Source: a virus
IMG/VR virus record: IMGVR_UViG_3300045988_178329
Coordinates: 1-62,705 of that record
Length of the DNA stretch: 62,705 nucleotides
Strand: one strand, 5' to 3'
Positions 53,996 to 62,705 of the stretch are shown here, piece by piece. Each line of letters begins with the position of its first letter. Within the stretch, counting starts at the first letter, position 1. Below the pieces are notes generated by a model. It was not told the origin of the DNA. It did no database searches and was given only the letters and a program-made list of their open reading frames with translations. The translations under genes were made by a program, and so were the position numbers.

Positions 53996-56900
53996 ATGGA
54001 CTTATATGCACACATAAATGGGGTTGACTACCAATTGGCCGTAGATGTCCCTTTGACCGACAATCTTGGGGAGGAACTCGATTCCATGACCATAAACATA
54101 CCCCACGTGCCGGGCTTGGACATAAAGCCATACGATGACGTCATAATCCATGACTATAGACCGAATTACAACAAGGACGGGACATTTTTGTATTCCAACC
54201 TACCATATAGGAACTACTCCGAGGCGTTCGACGATAGGTTCGTCATGGTTGCAAAAAAAAGGCTAAAGGGAAACACAAGGCATTTCTATAGGCATTTCCT
54301 TATATCTGACTGGCGTGATGAACAGGTAAACAATGTCGTAGGTATGTACAACTATTCCATAGACCTTGTATCCGAAACAAAGATACTGGAGAAATATCCG
54401 TTGCCGAACAGGACGATAACAAATCCGTTGAATAGGCCTGGAAAGACAGTTGCGTGGATGGCAAACCATTTCTGCAATAGGTATTCGTGGAGGATAAAGG
54501 TAACTACCTTCTATTCGGAAAAGAACTGGGAATATGTACCAAGGATTGTCGTATCAGGTTTCGAGAAGGATGCCAAGATTAGGAAGGATAACGAAGAGGT
54601 TGCCGAACTATTGGGTGTGGAAACCATAGGCAAGAGGTTTGGCAACATAAGGTGCTTCGAGACATCGTTCAACAACCCAAACCTACGTGAGGTATTGACA
54701 AAGATTTTCCAAGCATCCAATTGCCTTCCATATATAAGGGATGGCGTCCTTTTCTGCATTGACCTGAAGAAGAAGAGGGATAGGTTCGAAAGCATACCCG
54801 GAGAGATTTGGAAGAGCGGTTCCATGACTGGAAGCGATTATGTGGATAGGCTTAGGAAGAACTATTCCGGTGCACTTACCGGACCGCGAGGCACGAAATT
54901 CCATGAATTCGTCGGTTTCAGGAACATCAACTCCGCCACGATGAAAATAACCAATTTGAAGATTGAAACGAAATATCCGATTTACCTAATAGACAAGTTT
55001 ATCCTATGTTTCTACTCGGCGGAGGAGAATGGCGAACTAGTTAAGTATGACCTAACGAGTTTTGTCCTTCCTTCAACCACAAGGGCTTTGCTATCGAACG
55101 ATTACCTATATTTCAACAAGCACCAGCCAAAGACGCTGAATGGGTATAAGGATTACCACGGCAACTATGTCCTTGGGCTTTGCGACTACCGCTTTATGAC
55201 TGTCGAATATAAAATTGGTTCAAAGGAGATAACCGGTTTCGGCGATTTTATCCAATATACGGAAAACGGGATAACATACAACAAGAAATGCGTACTTGAA
55301 AACGTACTTAACGTAGCATTGGAACACAAATACAATTCCAAGTCGTTTGAAGCTTCCTTAAAGCCAAACGAGAACCCAAACGTTTCCAATTACGTGAAAC
55401 TCGACGTAGGAAAGAGGGAGTTCTATAAGGACATTGTTGCCCCAGAACCTTCAAGCGAATGGCTCTCTTCCGTTGTTGCGAAGGCATCGGATTACCTTTT
55501 CGGTGATATAGATAGTAACAACAAGGATGGCGGATATGTCGGAACGAATACCCTTGCCATGAAGAACATCTTCTTTGAAATCGAGTACCAAGCCCAGATT
55601 TCATCGGCCGTAATCGTAGCCAAGGATAGGCATGACGGAGAGATAATGGCTCCCGATTCGCAACAGGAATCCCTTGCCATAACCGAACAGGACGGAATTG
55701 TATCCGAGGTCAAGGCAAATAGGCTAGGGAACAAGACAAGGGTAGTTACCGCAAGGGTTCCATATGGTTCTGGAGCGAAGCAATGGGACACCTATTTGAT
55801 AAGGATAGGCCAATGGAACGAGGAATATGGTATCTGCTACAAGAGGACAATAACGATTGGCGTTGGTTTCATATCGATAGTTTATTTCTTCTGCAAGGAC
55901 TATGTGTTGACCAATTTCTATACAAGCGTATTTGCAAAATACAGGTCGTCCGCCTATGCTTCCATAGGGGAATCCGTATCAAGGGAGGAGAATAGGTACT
56001 TTTCGCTCCTTCTCTCCAATGATACGGCATTGCGTTGCGATACCAACCAGACCAATGGTGGCGACAACAGCCAAAGGGAATGGAAGGACTGGCAGGGTTT
56101 TGACGGCAAGGAATATGTCTATGGGTATGACTTCAAGTTGCCATTTGATTCCGTCATAGGCCTCTTCAAGCCCTCGAAGGAAAACGAAAAGCCATTGGCA
56201 ATGTATTCGCTGAACGCCCCAAAGCAAGACATATATTTCTTCGACGAGGTAACAAGCGCCCAAGCCGAATACCAATATTTCGTCTCCGATAGGGCGCAAT
56301 ACCTCTCTGGTGATTCGCTTTGCATTTCCTTTGGAATGAGCGATAGCGTTACATCAGGCACATACATTAGGCAGATGTACCCAAACCTTTCCAACGTAAC
56401 CCTAGATGCCCTAGGGGTAAGCAAAAACGATAAAAATTCGATTTCATCATATGGACAATACATTACCTATGATTCACCAATATCCGACGTAACCGGTACC
56501 ATGCAGAACTTCCTTTCCCTACCGCTTTCGAAATCCGATGGCTCGGTAAGTGGGATAAAGTTCTCGTTCTGTGGGAACAAGGATAACGTACAGGGTAAGA
56601 CATACGGAGAGGAAAACCAAAGCAATACCAAACTTTCGATAGATTCCTTTTACTATGAACATCTATACAAATTGCCAAGAATCTCTTCCACCATTGCAAT
56701 CTCCAGTGGACTAGAGGAATGCCATGTGTCGGTATATGAGGACTACAAGGATTCGAAGGAAATCATTTCCGAGACATTCCAGGTCGATCCGGTTTCAGAT
56801 GATGAGGGAATTGCCATATCTCCATATTTTATGAAGATGTCCCCAATGGCTGGTGATATGGTAGAGAAGAATTTCGCAAGGGTATTGCCAGAGGACGATA

Positions 56901-58258
56901 CATATCCGTTGCTACTATTTGCCGATAGCCTTTTCTCTGCGACATCGGCTGAGGGATATGCGTTGCATTCCTTTGGTATGTATAGCCAAAAGGGTGATTT
57001 GTCCCTCACTAGGTTCAAGGAACTCGTAGGCAAGGAAATCAACAAGAAGATAACCACCCAATTCTATGCTACCGGAACATATGTCGGAACCACATTGGAG
57101 ATAACGATACACAAGATAGCCAGGATAGATGAGTATGCAAGGTATATAGTTGTCGATATGTCGTTCCATTCCGACGTTGCATTGCCAAGCAGCGCAACCG
57201 AACCTTGGAAGAACCTAAAGAGCGTAGATGCAAGTCATGTCAATGTCGTTTGGTGGAACGCAGCCATGATAGATACCGACAAAGAAGCGATGAAGCCACT
57301 AATTAACCAAGAAAGGCAAATAGATGGCGTAATCGGTTACTATCCAAGTTTCCTGCATACGGCAAGTGGAGACGTAGGATTTGCCTATGACTATGTTTAC
57401 CATTGGAATGGAACAAACAAGCCTACATACTTTACGACCATAGAAAACAGGGTAGGCTTTGTTTTCAACATGGCTTCGTTCCCAAATTACCAATCAAAGA
57501 TTAAATACAAGGATGGCGTTCCTACGGTGGCAGGTAGCACATACTGGAACTCAACCGAAATAGATCCTACGGGAAATGCGGAACTTGCTCAGCCTGTATT
57601 GAACTCGAAATGCGGTATCTGGTATGCCGGTCCATCTTCTGAGTGGCGCTATGAGGCAACCCAGTCCAAGTTGGCTGACATATCGGCGGAATCCGCTGCC
57701 AAGGAACAAACTGTATTCTGGTTCCTGTCAAAGGATTCCATAGATAGTTCCTTCGATACCAATATTTCCTATTCAAAAGAAGAGGTGGAAGGACTTGAAA
57801 CCACAGGGGGAATCAAGGTATTGCCTTGCTATCTCGACTTTAAGGAAAGCGACCTTGGAAAGGAATGTGTCCATGGCTACATAAAGGAAGATGATACGCT
57901 GGAATCGAAGCCAACGGCAATGTATCTCGACATATATGAGACGATAACGCTCGAATCCCCAGAATGGAAGAGTGCAAAATGTTTCATTGTCGATAGGGAT
58001 GGATTATACCATTTCGTATTTGGCACGAACATTGCAAACCCACAACTTGTCCCTGGGACAACGGTAAAACTTTACCAGAGGAAACTCTACCTTTCCATTG
58101 TCCCAGACAGGTCTAGGACCGTATATGGGCGCGATGACATGGAACCTAGGTATAGGACTGCAAACTACGCAAATGTCGATGATATAGAAACGGTAACGCC
58201 TTCGTCAACCCAAGGATGTATCCAAAGGGATGGCTTTGGCAATGTTGGGAAAATCTAA
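53996..58258 (+). CDS. large virion structural protein (about 1420 aa; putative tail or baseplate protein)
   Basis: Long ORF with GGAG ribosome-binding site before ATG 53996, upstream of the tail-fibre genes. Confidence 0.55.
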   Translation: MDLYAHINGVDYQLAVDVPLTDNLGEELDSMTINIPHVPGLDIKPYDDVIIHDYRPNYNKDGTFLYSNLPYRNYSEAFDDRFVMVAKKRLKGNTRHFYRHFLISDWRDEQVNNVVGMYNYSIDLVSETKILEKYPLPNRTITNPLNRPGKTVAWMANHFCNRYSWRIKVTTFYSEKNWEYVPRIVVSGFEKDAKIRKDNEEVAELLGVETIGKRFGNIRCFETSFNNPNLREVLTKIFQASNCLPYIRDGVLFCIDLKKKRDRFESIPGEIWKSGSMTGSDYVDRLRKNYSGALTGPRGTKFHEFVGFRNINSATMKITNLKIETKYPIYLIDKFILCFYSAEENGELVKYDLTSFVLPSTTRALLSNDYLYFNKHQPKTLNGYKDYHGNYVLGLCDYRFMTVEYKIGSKEITGFGDFIQYTENGITYNKKCVLENVLNVALEHKYNSKSFEASLKPNENPNVSNYVKLDVGKREFYKDIVAPEPSSEWLSSVVAKASDYLFGDIDSNNKDGGYVGTNTLAMKNIFFEIEYQAQISSAVIVAKDRHDGEIMAPDSQQESLAITEQDGIVSEVKANRLGNKTRVVTARVPYGSGAKQWDTYLIRIGQWNEEYGICYKRTITIGVGFISIVYFFCKDYVLTNFYTSVFAKYRSSAYASIGESVSREENRYFSLLLSNDTALRCDTNQTNGGDNSQREWKDWQGFDGKEYVYGYDFKLPFDSVIGLFKPSKENEKPLAMYSLNAPKQDIYFFDEVTSAQAEYQYFVSDRAQYLSGDSLCISFGMSDSVTSGTYIRQMYPNLSNVTLDALGVSKNDKNSISSYGQYITYDSPISDVTGTMQNFLSLPLSKSDGSVSGIKFSFCGNKDNVQGKTYGEENQSNTKLSIDSFYYEHLYKLPRISSTIAISSGLEECHVSVYEDYKDSKEIISETFQVDPVSDDEGIAISPYFMKMSPMAGDMVEKNFARVLPEDDTYPLLLFADSLFSATSAEGYALHSFGMYSQKGDLSLTRFKELVGKEINKKITTQFYATGTYVGTTLEITIHKIARIDEYARYIVVDMSFHSDVALPSSATEPWKNLKSVDASHVNVVWWNAAMIDTDKEAMKPLINQERQIDGVIGYYPSFLHTASGDVGFAYDYVYHWNGTNKPTYFTTIENRVGFVFNMASFPNYQSKIKYKDGVPTVAGSTYWNSTEIDPTGNAELAQPVLNSKCGIWYAGPSSEWRYEATQSKLADISAESAAKEQTVFWFLSKDSIDSSFDTNISYSKEEVEGLETTGGIKVLPCYLDFKESDLGKECVHGYIKEDDTLESKPTAMYLDIYETITLESPEWKSAKCFIVDRDGLYHFVFGTNIANPQLVPGTTVKLYQRKLYLSIVPDRSRTVYGRDDMEPRYRTANYANVDDIETVTPSSTQGCIQRDGFGNVGKI

Positions 58259-58314
58259 AAAATTGGAAAAGGGCTTCCATTTGGTTTAGAATACTAAGGT
58301 AGGAGACAAACAAG

Positions 58315-60537
58315 ATGCTATGGGTTCATGTAGGAGTAGACGGTTCGATTGATTGCCAAGTCAATGTAGGCAACAAGGTTAGGCAGGGGAACGGCTTTGA
58401 GCTGTTCATCGTAACCGAAACGAACAATGTCGAGAATTTCGAGATAAACAGGGTTGGCTACATAAAGCCCGGAGAACAGGAAATCGTAAGTTTGAACGTG
58501 CCCGTTCGTAGGGAAGAAAACATTGAGTTCGAATTGAACCGTCCAAGCCAAGCCAATTCCTTTTTTAAGGGTGGTGCTACCTATAATGGGTATATGGCTT
58601 CCATACCTTCCGATGCCACTACATTCTATGGCAACGGTGGACATATCCAACTTGTAATATATGCCGTTTCTGTAGATGGCAGGTCGGAGAATACCCAGAA
58701 CGTAACCGTTTTCGTCGAACCTACATACGGAAGTAAGTATGTAGGTATTTCGGATAATGACTATGGTGTCATCTTACGTCTATTTGACGATTTCAATAAA
58801 AACAAACTTGATAGAGAAAACCCAATAATATATGACAGCAAGGGCAACGTATCCGCAAGGTTTACCCACAGTGGTCTTTCAATCACCGGAAGTTCCCTTA
58901 CCCTAAATGATGAAACATGGGGTTTTACGAAGGTATCAAAAAAGGGGACTGACGGAACGAAGAGAAGTGTCGGAATGTTGCTATTCAACTTCCTGTATGA
59001 CAGTGGTACAAGTGTAGATTTGGGTTCTGCCTTGCTACTTACCGACACAAGGCAGGTCTTTGCACTCAGCGACGAAAGCATCGAATTCATCGAACTCACA
59101 AAGCAAGAAATCGTAGTTAGCGAGGAAACTGCAAACTACCTGACAATGAACAGGGTTGACCTATCATCAATCCCTGACTGGGTAGGTGAGAGATACGTCA
59201 AGAAACTTGGTGCCGGAAGTGGATACAGGGTGTACATGGTAGCTCCGGATGGAAGTGATACATTCAGGACTGCATCCAGTTCATTGGTAAACGGGGCGAT
59301 TCCATTAAGGACTTCCACCGGACAGCTTGAATTGCCTGACCAAGCTCAGAACGTACCAGGCGGAAACCAAGCAATATCCAAGGGCTATGCAGATGGGAAA
59401 TATCTCCTTGACAGGAAAACAACCGATTTCCACCCAATAACCACTTTTAGGTGGCTGAACGACAACAATCAGAGGGAGATGACAATAAATGGCTCGTGGA
59501 TTATTTTCTATGCAGGCGGAAACCAATTGCTCACCATCAGGGGTGATTATTTCACTTATTTAGACAAAGCCGTGAAATGGAGCGACCTTGCGGACATTGT
59601 GGAAAACAAGTCGCCATTGCTAAACGGAGACAGGGGAGCGATAGGTTCGTACAAGTCAGATGGGAATGGCATATCGAGTGCCACGACATTTGCCGGAAGC
59701 GACATAACTAATACCGCAAAGGGTATCAATTCGTTCTCCCTTGGCAGACTCAATGTCGTAGAGGGTGCCGGTTGCCTTGCCTATGGGAACAAGAATACCG
59801 TCAAGGGTGCAGGTTCGGTTGCACTTGGGGGTGGAAACACCTCTGGCGACAGGATAGACTGGACTTCCGCAAGTGCTTCGGTGAACAATTCGTCAGCCTA
59901 TTGCATATCTCTTGGCGAGAACAATACCACGACCGGAAGGAGTGCGGTATCCGTTGGCATATCGAACAAATCGAATGGCGATGGTTCGGTCTCGGTTGGA
60001 AGGGACAATACCGTATGGAGCAAGGAAAGCGTTGCCATAGGGCGTAACAACACGCTCAACAAGGTAAGCACAGGCTCCTATGATGAACAGGAGCCAGACC
60101 AAGGCAATGGTGTGGTCGCAATAGGGACTGGGCTTATGACACCAAAGAGGTGGAATGACGTAAACCTCGAGAGCCTTTACTGGAACTGCGTTGTCGTTGG
60201 TAGGTACAACGACCCATACGTATATGGCTGTGCAAGGAGTACAGACCTTCCATACAAGAACAACTGTGCCCCGGTATTTACGCTGGGAAATGGTTCGGAC
60301 GACAGCAACAGGAGAAACTCCATCGTTACGTTCCACAATTCTGGTTTCCAGGAAAGGAGATATGACTGGACGTACTTCAATGACTACTGCCTTTTCAACC
60401 AGATATGCGAGTTCAGGAACGCGAACAACATATTCGAGAACAACATTACCGTATGGGGCATCGTCAAGGACAAGCAGGGTGTCCAGTACCTAAAGGGCGG
60501 ACAGATTTCCGACACGTTCATAAATTCATTATTCTAG
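58315..60537 (+). CDS. tail fibre or tailspike protein with YadA-head-like (Hep_Hag) Gly/Asn/Ser repeats
   Basis: Repeats of the type NSFSLGRLNVVEGAGCLAYGNKNTVKGAGSVALGGGNT...SVSVGRDNTV...SVAIGRNNT. Confidence 0.55.
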   Translation: MLWVHVGVDGSIDCQVNVGNKVRQGNGFELFIVTETNNVENFEINRVGYIKPGEQEIVSLNVPVRREENIEFELNRPSQANSFFKGGATYNGYMASIPSDATTFYGNGGHIQLVIYAVSVDGRSENTQNVTVFVEPTYGSKYVGISDNDYGVILRLFDDFNKNKLDRENPIIYDSKGNVSARFTHSGLSITGSSLTLNDETWGFTKVSKKGTDGTKRSVGMLLFNFLYDSGTSVDLGSALLLTDTRQVFALSDESIEFIELTKQEIVVSEETANYLTMNRVDLSSIPDWVGERYVKKLGAGSGYRVYMVAPDGSDTFRTASSSLVNGAIPLRTSTGQLELPDQAQNVPGGNQAISKGYADGKYLLDRKTTDFHPITTFRWLNDNNQREMTINGSWIIFYAGGNQLLTIRGDYFTYLDKAVKWSDLADIVENKSPLLNGDRGAIGSYKSDGNGISSATTFAGSDITNTAKGINSFSLGRLNVVEGAGCLAYGNKNTVKGAGSVALGGGNTSGDRIDWTSASASVNNSSAYCISLGENNTTTGRSAVSVGISNKSNGDGSVSVGRDNTVWSKESVAIGRNNTLNKVSTGSYDEQEPDQGNGVVAIGTGLMTPKRWNDVNLESLYWNCVVVGRYNDPYVYGCARSTDLPYKNNCAPVFTLGNGSDDSNRRNSIVTFHNSGFQERRYDWTYFNDYCLFNQICEFRNANNIFENNITVWGIVKDKQGVQYLKGGQISDTFINSLF

Positions 60538-60547
60538 GAGGAAGGAA

Positions 60548-62017
60548 ATGGCAAATTACTTAGACGAGAATGGGCTTAGAACCCTTATAAGCAAGATAAA
60601 GGACAACTTTGTCCCATACACGGGTGCAACAAAGAATATTGACTTGGGTGTACGTTCTGTAACTGCCAATAACATTATTGCAAATGGATCCACAAAACTA
60701 GTTGGTGGCATAAAATCTTTGCATACGATAAGATTCAGCGACCCTAGCCAAATCTACACTATCGATATTCTCTATGAAAAGGAAGACGATAACGCTGGTG
60801 GTTATAATTTCATTGGTGTCTATAATGATTCTTCAGATATGAACTGGATTGTCAATGGACATTATAGTGTAAATACTACCAATCAAAACACCTATGTCCG
60901 CTTTGTTGTTTTCGACGGAGAAGAAAGCAAATGCTCAGTCCATTTTATTACAATAGACAAAGATAACGTCGCGCAAGAAAACTATATGAAATACCTTACT
61001 GACGAAGATGATTTAAAAACCATCGGTGAGAAACTAAACGGTGGCGATGTTGTCTATAATAATGGTTTGACCGTTAGCTCTACCGGTGATGTAATTGTTT
61101 CTGAAAACTTAATTGTTCAAGGCAATGCCACACTAAGTGGAGTTACCATTTCAGGGGATACTGATGCTGACTATATACAATCGAATAAGAGGAATGTAGA
61201 CCTTACGGTTCATTCCGCATACGGTCATTGTGTCCTTCGTGTTTCCGACCACCATGCAATGGTCTTTGGCGATGACCTTGGGGAACCTTTCAGGGTTAGC
61301 CTAAAGGATGACCCTTCGGCAGCAGGAAGGGGAGGTAAGATAGTTGGCCACATTACCGGTGGCGCTAGTTATGTCCCAACCTCCAATTCGGACTTGACGC
61401 CAAAGAAATACGTGGACGGAGAGATTGGAAAACTCCAGACCGCCACAGGCTCTGACTGGGAGTTCCTCGACAAGATTGCGGAAAAGACCTTCCAAAAGGC
61501 CTTCACCGAGGTGAAGCCGGGTAGTAGTGGCATACCAAGTGGCAATGCCACCGTAAATGTTACCGCCACCACCTACCAAAAGAGAATCGATGGTACGGTA
61601 GTGGGCTACAAGACGATAGTCGACGTTACCTGCAGGTGTGAGAAGTTCAACCTGAATGACGTTGGATTCAATGTATTGCTCTCAGAGGTCGGAAGCCGTT
61701 GGTTCATGCCGAGGATGGCAGTTTCCAAAGGGAATATGAATTCAACCGCATTCAATATAATGATGGACAGGCTCAATGCCCAGAAGGACAGGGTAGGCAT
61801 CTCGGTCGATGAGGTATCCGTATTCAGGGATGCCACCACGAACCTTGGTGCACTCAATGTCAGCGGTGTCATAAATGGGCAGGTTGCCTATGACTATGCC
61901 GAATTCAGGGTATTCGCGGTAATGCTCGAGCTTGACAAGGACAACGAAGGAAAGGCTATCCCTTGCACTGGGGCACACTACAGGATAGTCCTGTACCACC
62001 CAGAGACAATCTTATAG
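60548..62017 (+). CDS. putative tail fibre protein
   Basis: N-terminus MANYLDENGLRTLISKIKDNF resembles tail-fibre N-termini; 489 aa. Confidence 0.45.
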   Translation: MANYLDENGLRTLISKIKDNFVPYTGATKNIDLGVRSVTANNIIANGSTKLVGGIKSLHTIRFSDPSQIYTIDILYEKEDDNAGGYNFIGVYNDSSDMNWIVNGHYSVNTTNQNTYVRFVVFDGEESKCSVHFITIDKDNVAQENYMKYLTDEDDLKTIGEKLNGGDVVYNNGLTVSSTGDVIVSENLIVQGNATLSGVTISGDTDADYIQSNKRNVDLTVHSAYGHCVLRVSDHHAMVFGDDLGEPFRVSLKDDPSAAGRGGKIVGHITGGASYVPTSNSDLTPKKYVDGEIGKLQTATGSDWEFLDKIAEKTFQKAFTEVKPGSSGIPSGNATVNVTATTYQKRIDGTVVGYKTIVDVTCRCEKFNLNDVGFNVLLSEVGSRWFMPRMAVSKGNMNSTAFNIMMDRLNAQKDRVGISVDEVSVFRDATTNLGALNVSGVINGQVAYDYAEFRVFAVMLELDKDNEGKAIPCTGAHYRIVLYHPETIL

Positions 62018-62033
62018 AGAAGGAGGACAGTAT

Positions 62034-62468
62034 ATGTCGACAATAATGAAGAAACCCCTCATCGAAACCATAATGGACAATTTGGATGGGGACACATTGG
62101 CAAAGCTACATTCCAACATCGATTCGGATACTGGCTATTCGGAATACAACCTCTTGGAGAGGTATCTTCCCCAACTCGGGGAAGGCGAACAATCATTGGC
62201 GGTCAGGGCAACCCTGATTACTAATGGGGAGACACTGGTTGGATCATACATAAAGTATTCCAGCCTTGGGGAAACCCATTCCTACCTTTTGAACTATGGT
62301 AGGGGAGTGCACAAGGTCTATATCTATGAAATCAACGAAGAGAAAAGGACTACCTACCTCGTAGGGGAATGCCTTGGCGTTTCCGAACTCCGTAGAGTAA
62401 TTGTAGATAGGCTCATAGAGATTGGTATTGGGAACGGCAGTACATCCGCCATCATAAGGAGGTATTGA
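62034..62468 (+). CDS. hypothetical protein (144 aa)
   Basis: ORF with AAGGAGG ribosome-binding site. Confidence 0.45.
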   Translation: MSTIMKKPLIETIMDNLDGDTLAKLHSNIDSDTGYSEYNLLERYLPQLGEGEQSLAVRATLITNGETLVGSYIKYSSLGETHSYLLNYGRGVHKVYIYEINEEKRTTYLVGECLGVSELRRVIVDRLIEIGIGNGSTSAIIRRY

Positions 62469-62469
62469 T

Positions 62470-62705
62470 ATGGCTCTTTACCTAGGAAAGAAAAGGGTTG
62501 CACCCTCAATTCAAGTCAAGGTTCCCTCTATGAAGGCTTTCTTCGAAGCAGGTGGAAAATGCGGTCGTAGTGCAAGTGTTACCTCATTCGAAGGAATAAT
62601 CAAGTACGGTGATACCTCAAACGTTACAGACATGAGTGATATGTTTCATGATTGTTACAAACTTACTTCTGTACCACAGCTTGATACCTCAAACGTTACA
62701 GACAT
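62470..62705 (+). CDS. 5' part of the BspA-like LRR protein gene that continues at positions 52..286 across the circular junction
   Basis: ATG at 62470 and an open frame to the window end; the frame is continuous with 2..286. Confidence 0.7.
   Translation, partial: MALYLGKKRVAPSIQVKVPSMKAFFEAGGKCGRSASVTSFEGIIKYGDTSNVTDMSDMFHDCYKLTSVPQLDTSNVTD

Noticed and set aside
1-62705. Archaeal virus hypothesis, suggested by the Hjc-like resolvase, prim-pol and the AGG/ATA codon bias
   Set aside because: Multiple TTGACA-N17-TAnnAT promoters, intrinsic terminators with T-runs and the bacterial SSB C-terminal DDDLPF tail argue for a bacterial host.

Overview
This window appears to be a complete, circularly closed genome of a tailed dsDNA phage of about 62.65 kb. 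Bases 1-51 are identical to 62655-62705, which looks like an assembly overlap. The host is probably a bacterium with strong Shine-Dalgarno usage, judged from sigma70-like promoters (TTGACA-N16/17-TAnnAT), AGGAGG-type ribosome-binding sites and rho-independent terminators. Codon usage is rich in AGG/AGA, ATA and AAG, and GC content is about 43-45%.

Layout:
- Plus strand, 1.7-17.9 kb: small early genes including two paralog families; two HTH regulators; a recombination module (Cas4-like nuclease, putative annealing protein, SSB); primase-helicase; SF2 helicase; Hjc-like resolvase; HNH endonuclease; dUTPase; then a putative small terminase and the large terminase, closed by a terminator.
- Plus strand, 18-33.7 kb: many small unknown genes; a C5-cytosine methyltransferase; an N6/N4 methyltransferase disrupted by deletion; a DUF2829/Tad2-like domain; lipoproteins; a putative portal; a Mu F-like minor head protein.
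- Minus strand, 33.7-43 kb: 18 small genes, many acidic or paralogous, each with its own sigma70 promoter and terminator. The spacers are packed with a 10-bp motif CACCGTGCAA (about 22 copies, in inverted pairs, triplets and inside coding sequence) and phased A-tract AACCTTAAA repeats.
- Plus strand, 43.4 kb through the junction to 1.47 kb: late operon with scaffold-like protein, putative major capsid, a cluster of five membrane proteins, virion and tail proteins, tail fibres with YadA-like repeats, and a BspA-like leucine-rich-repeat protein spanning the circular junction.

No integrase, no recognisable endolysin and no CRISPR were found. There are three frame disruptions, two in homopolymers and one at the methyltransferase deletion. 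The most notable features are the CACCGTGCAA repeat array with its inverted-repeat-flanked units at cassette boundaries, the duplicated AT-rich regulatory or origin-like region, and the Tad2-like gene.
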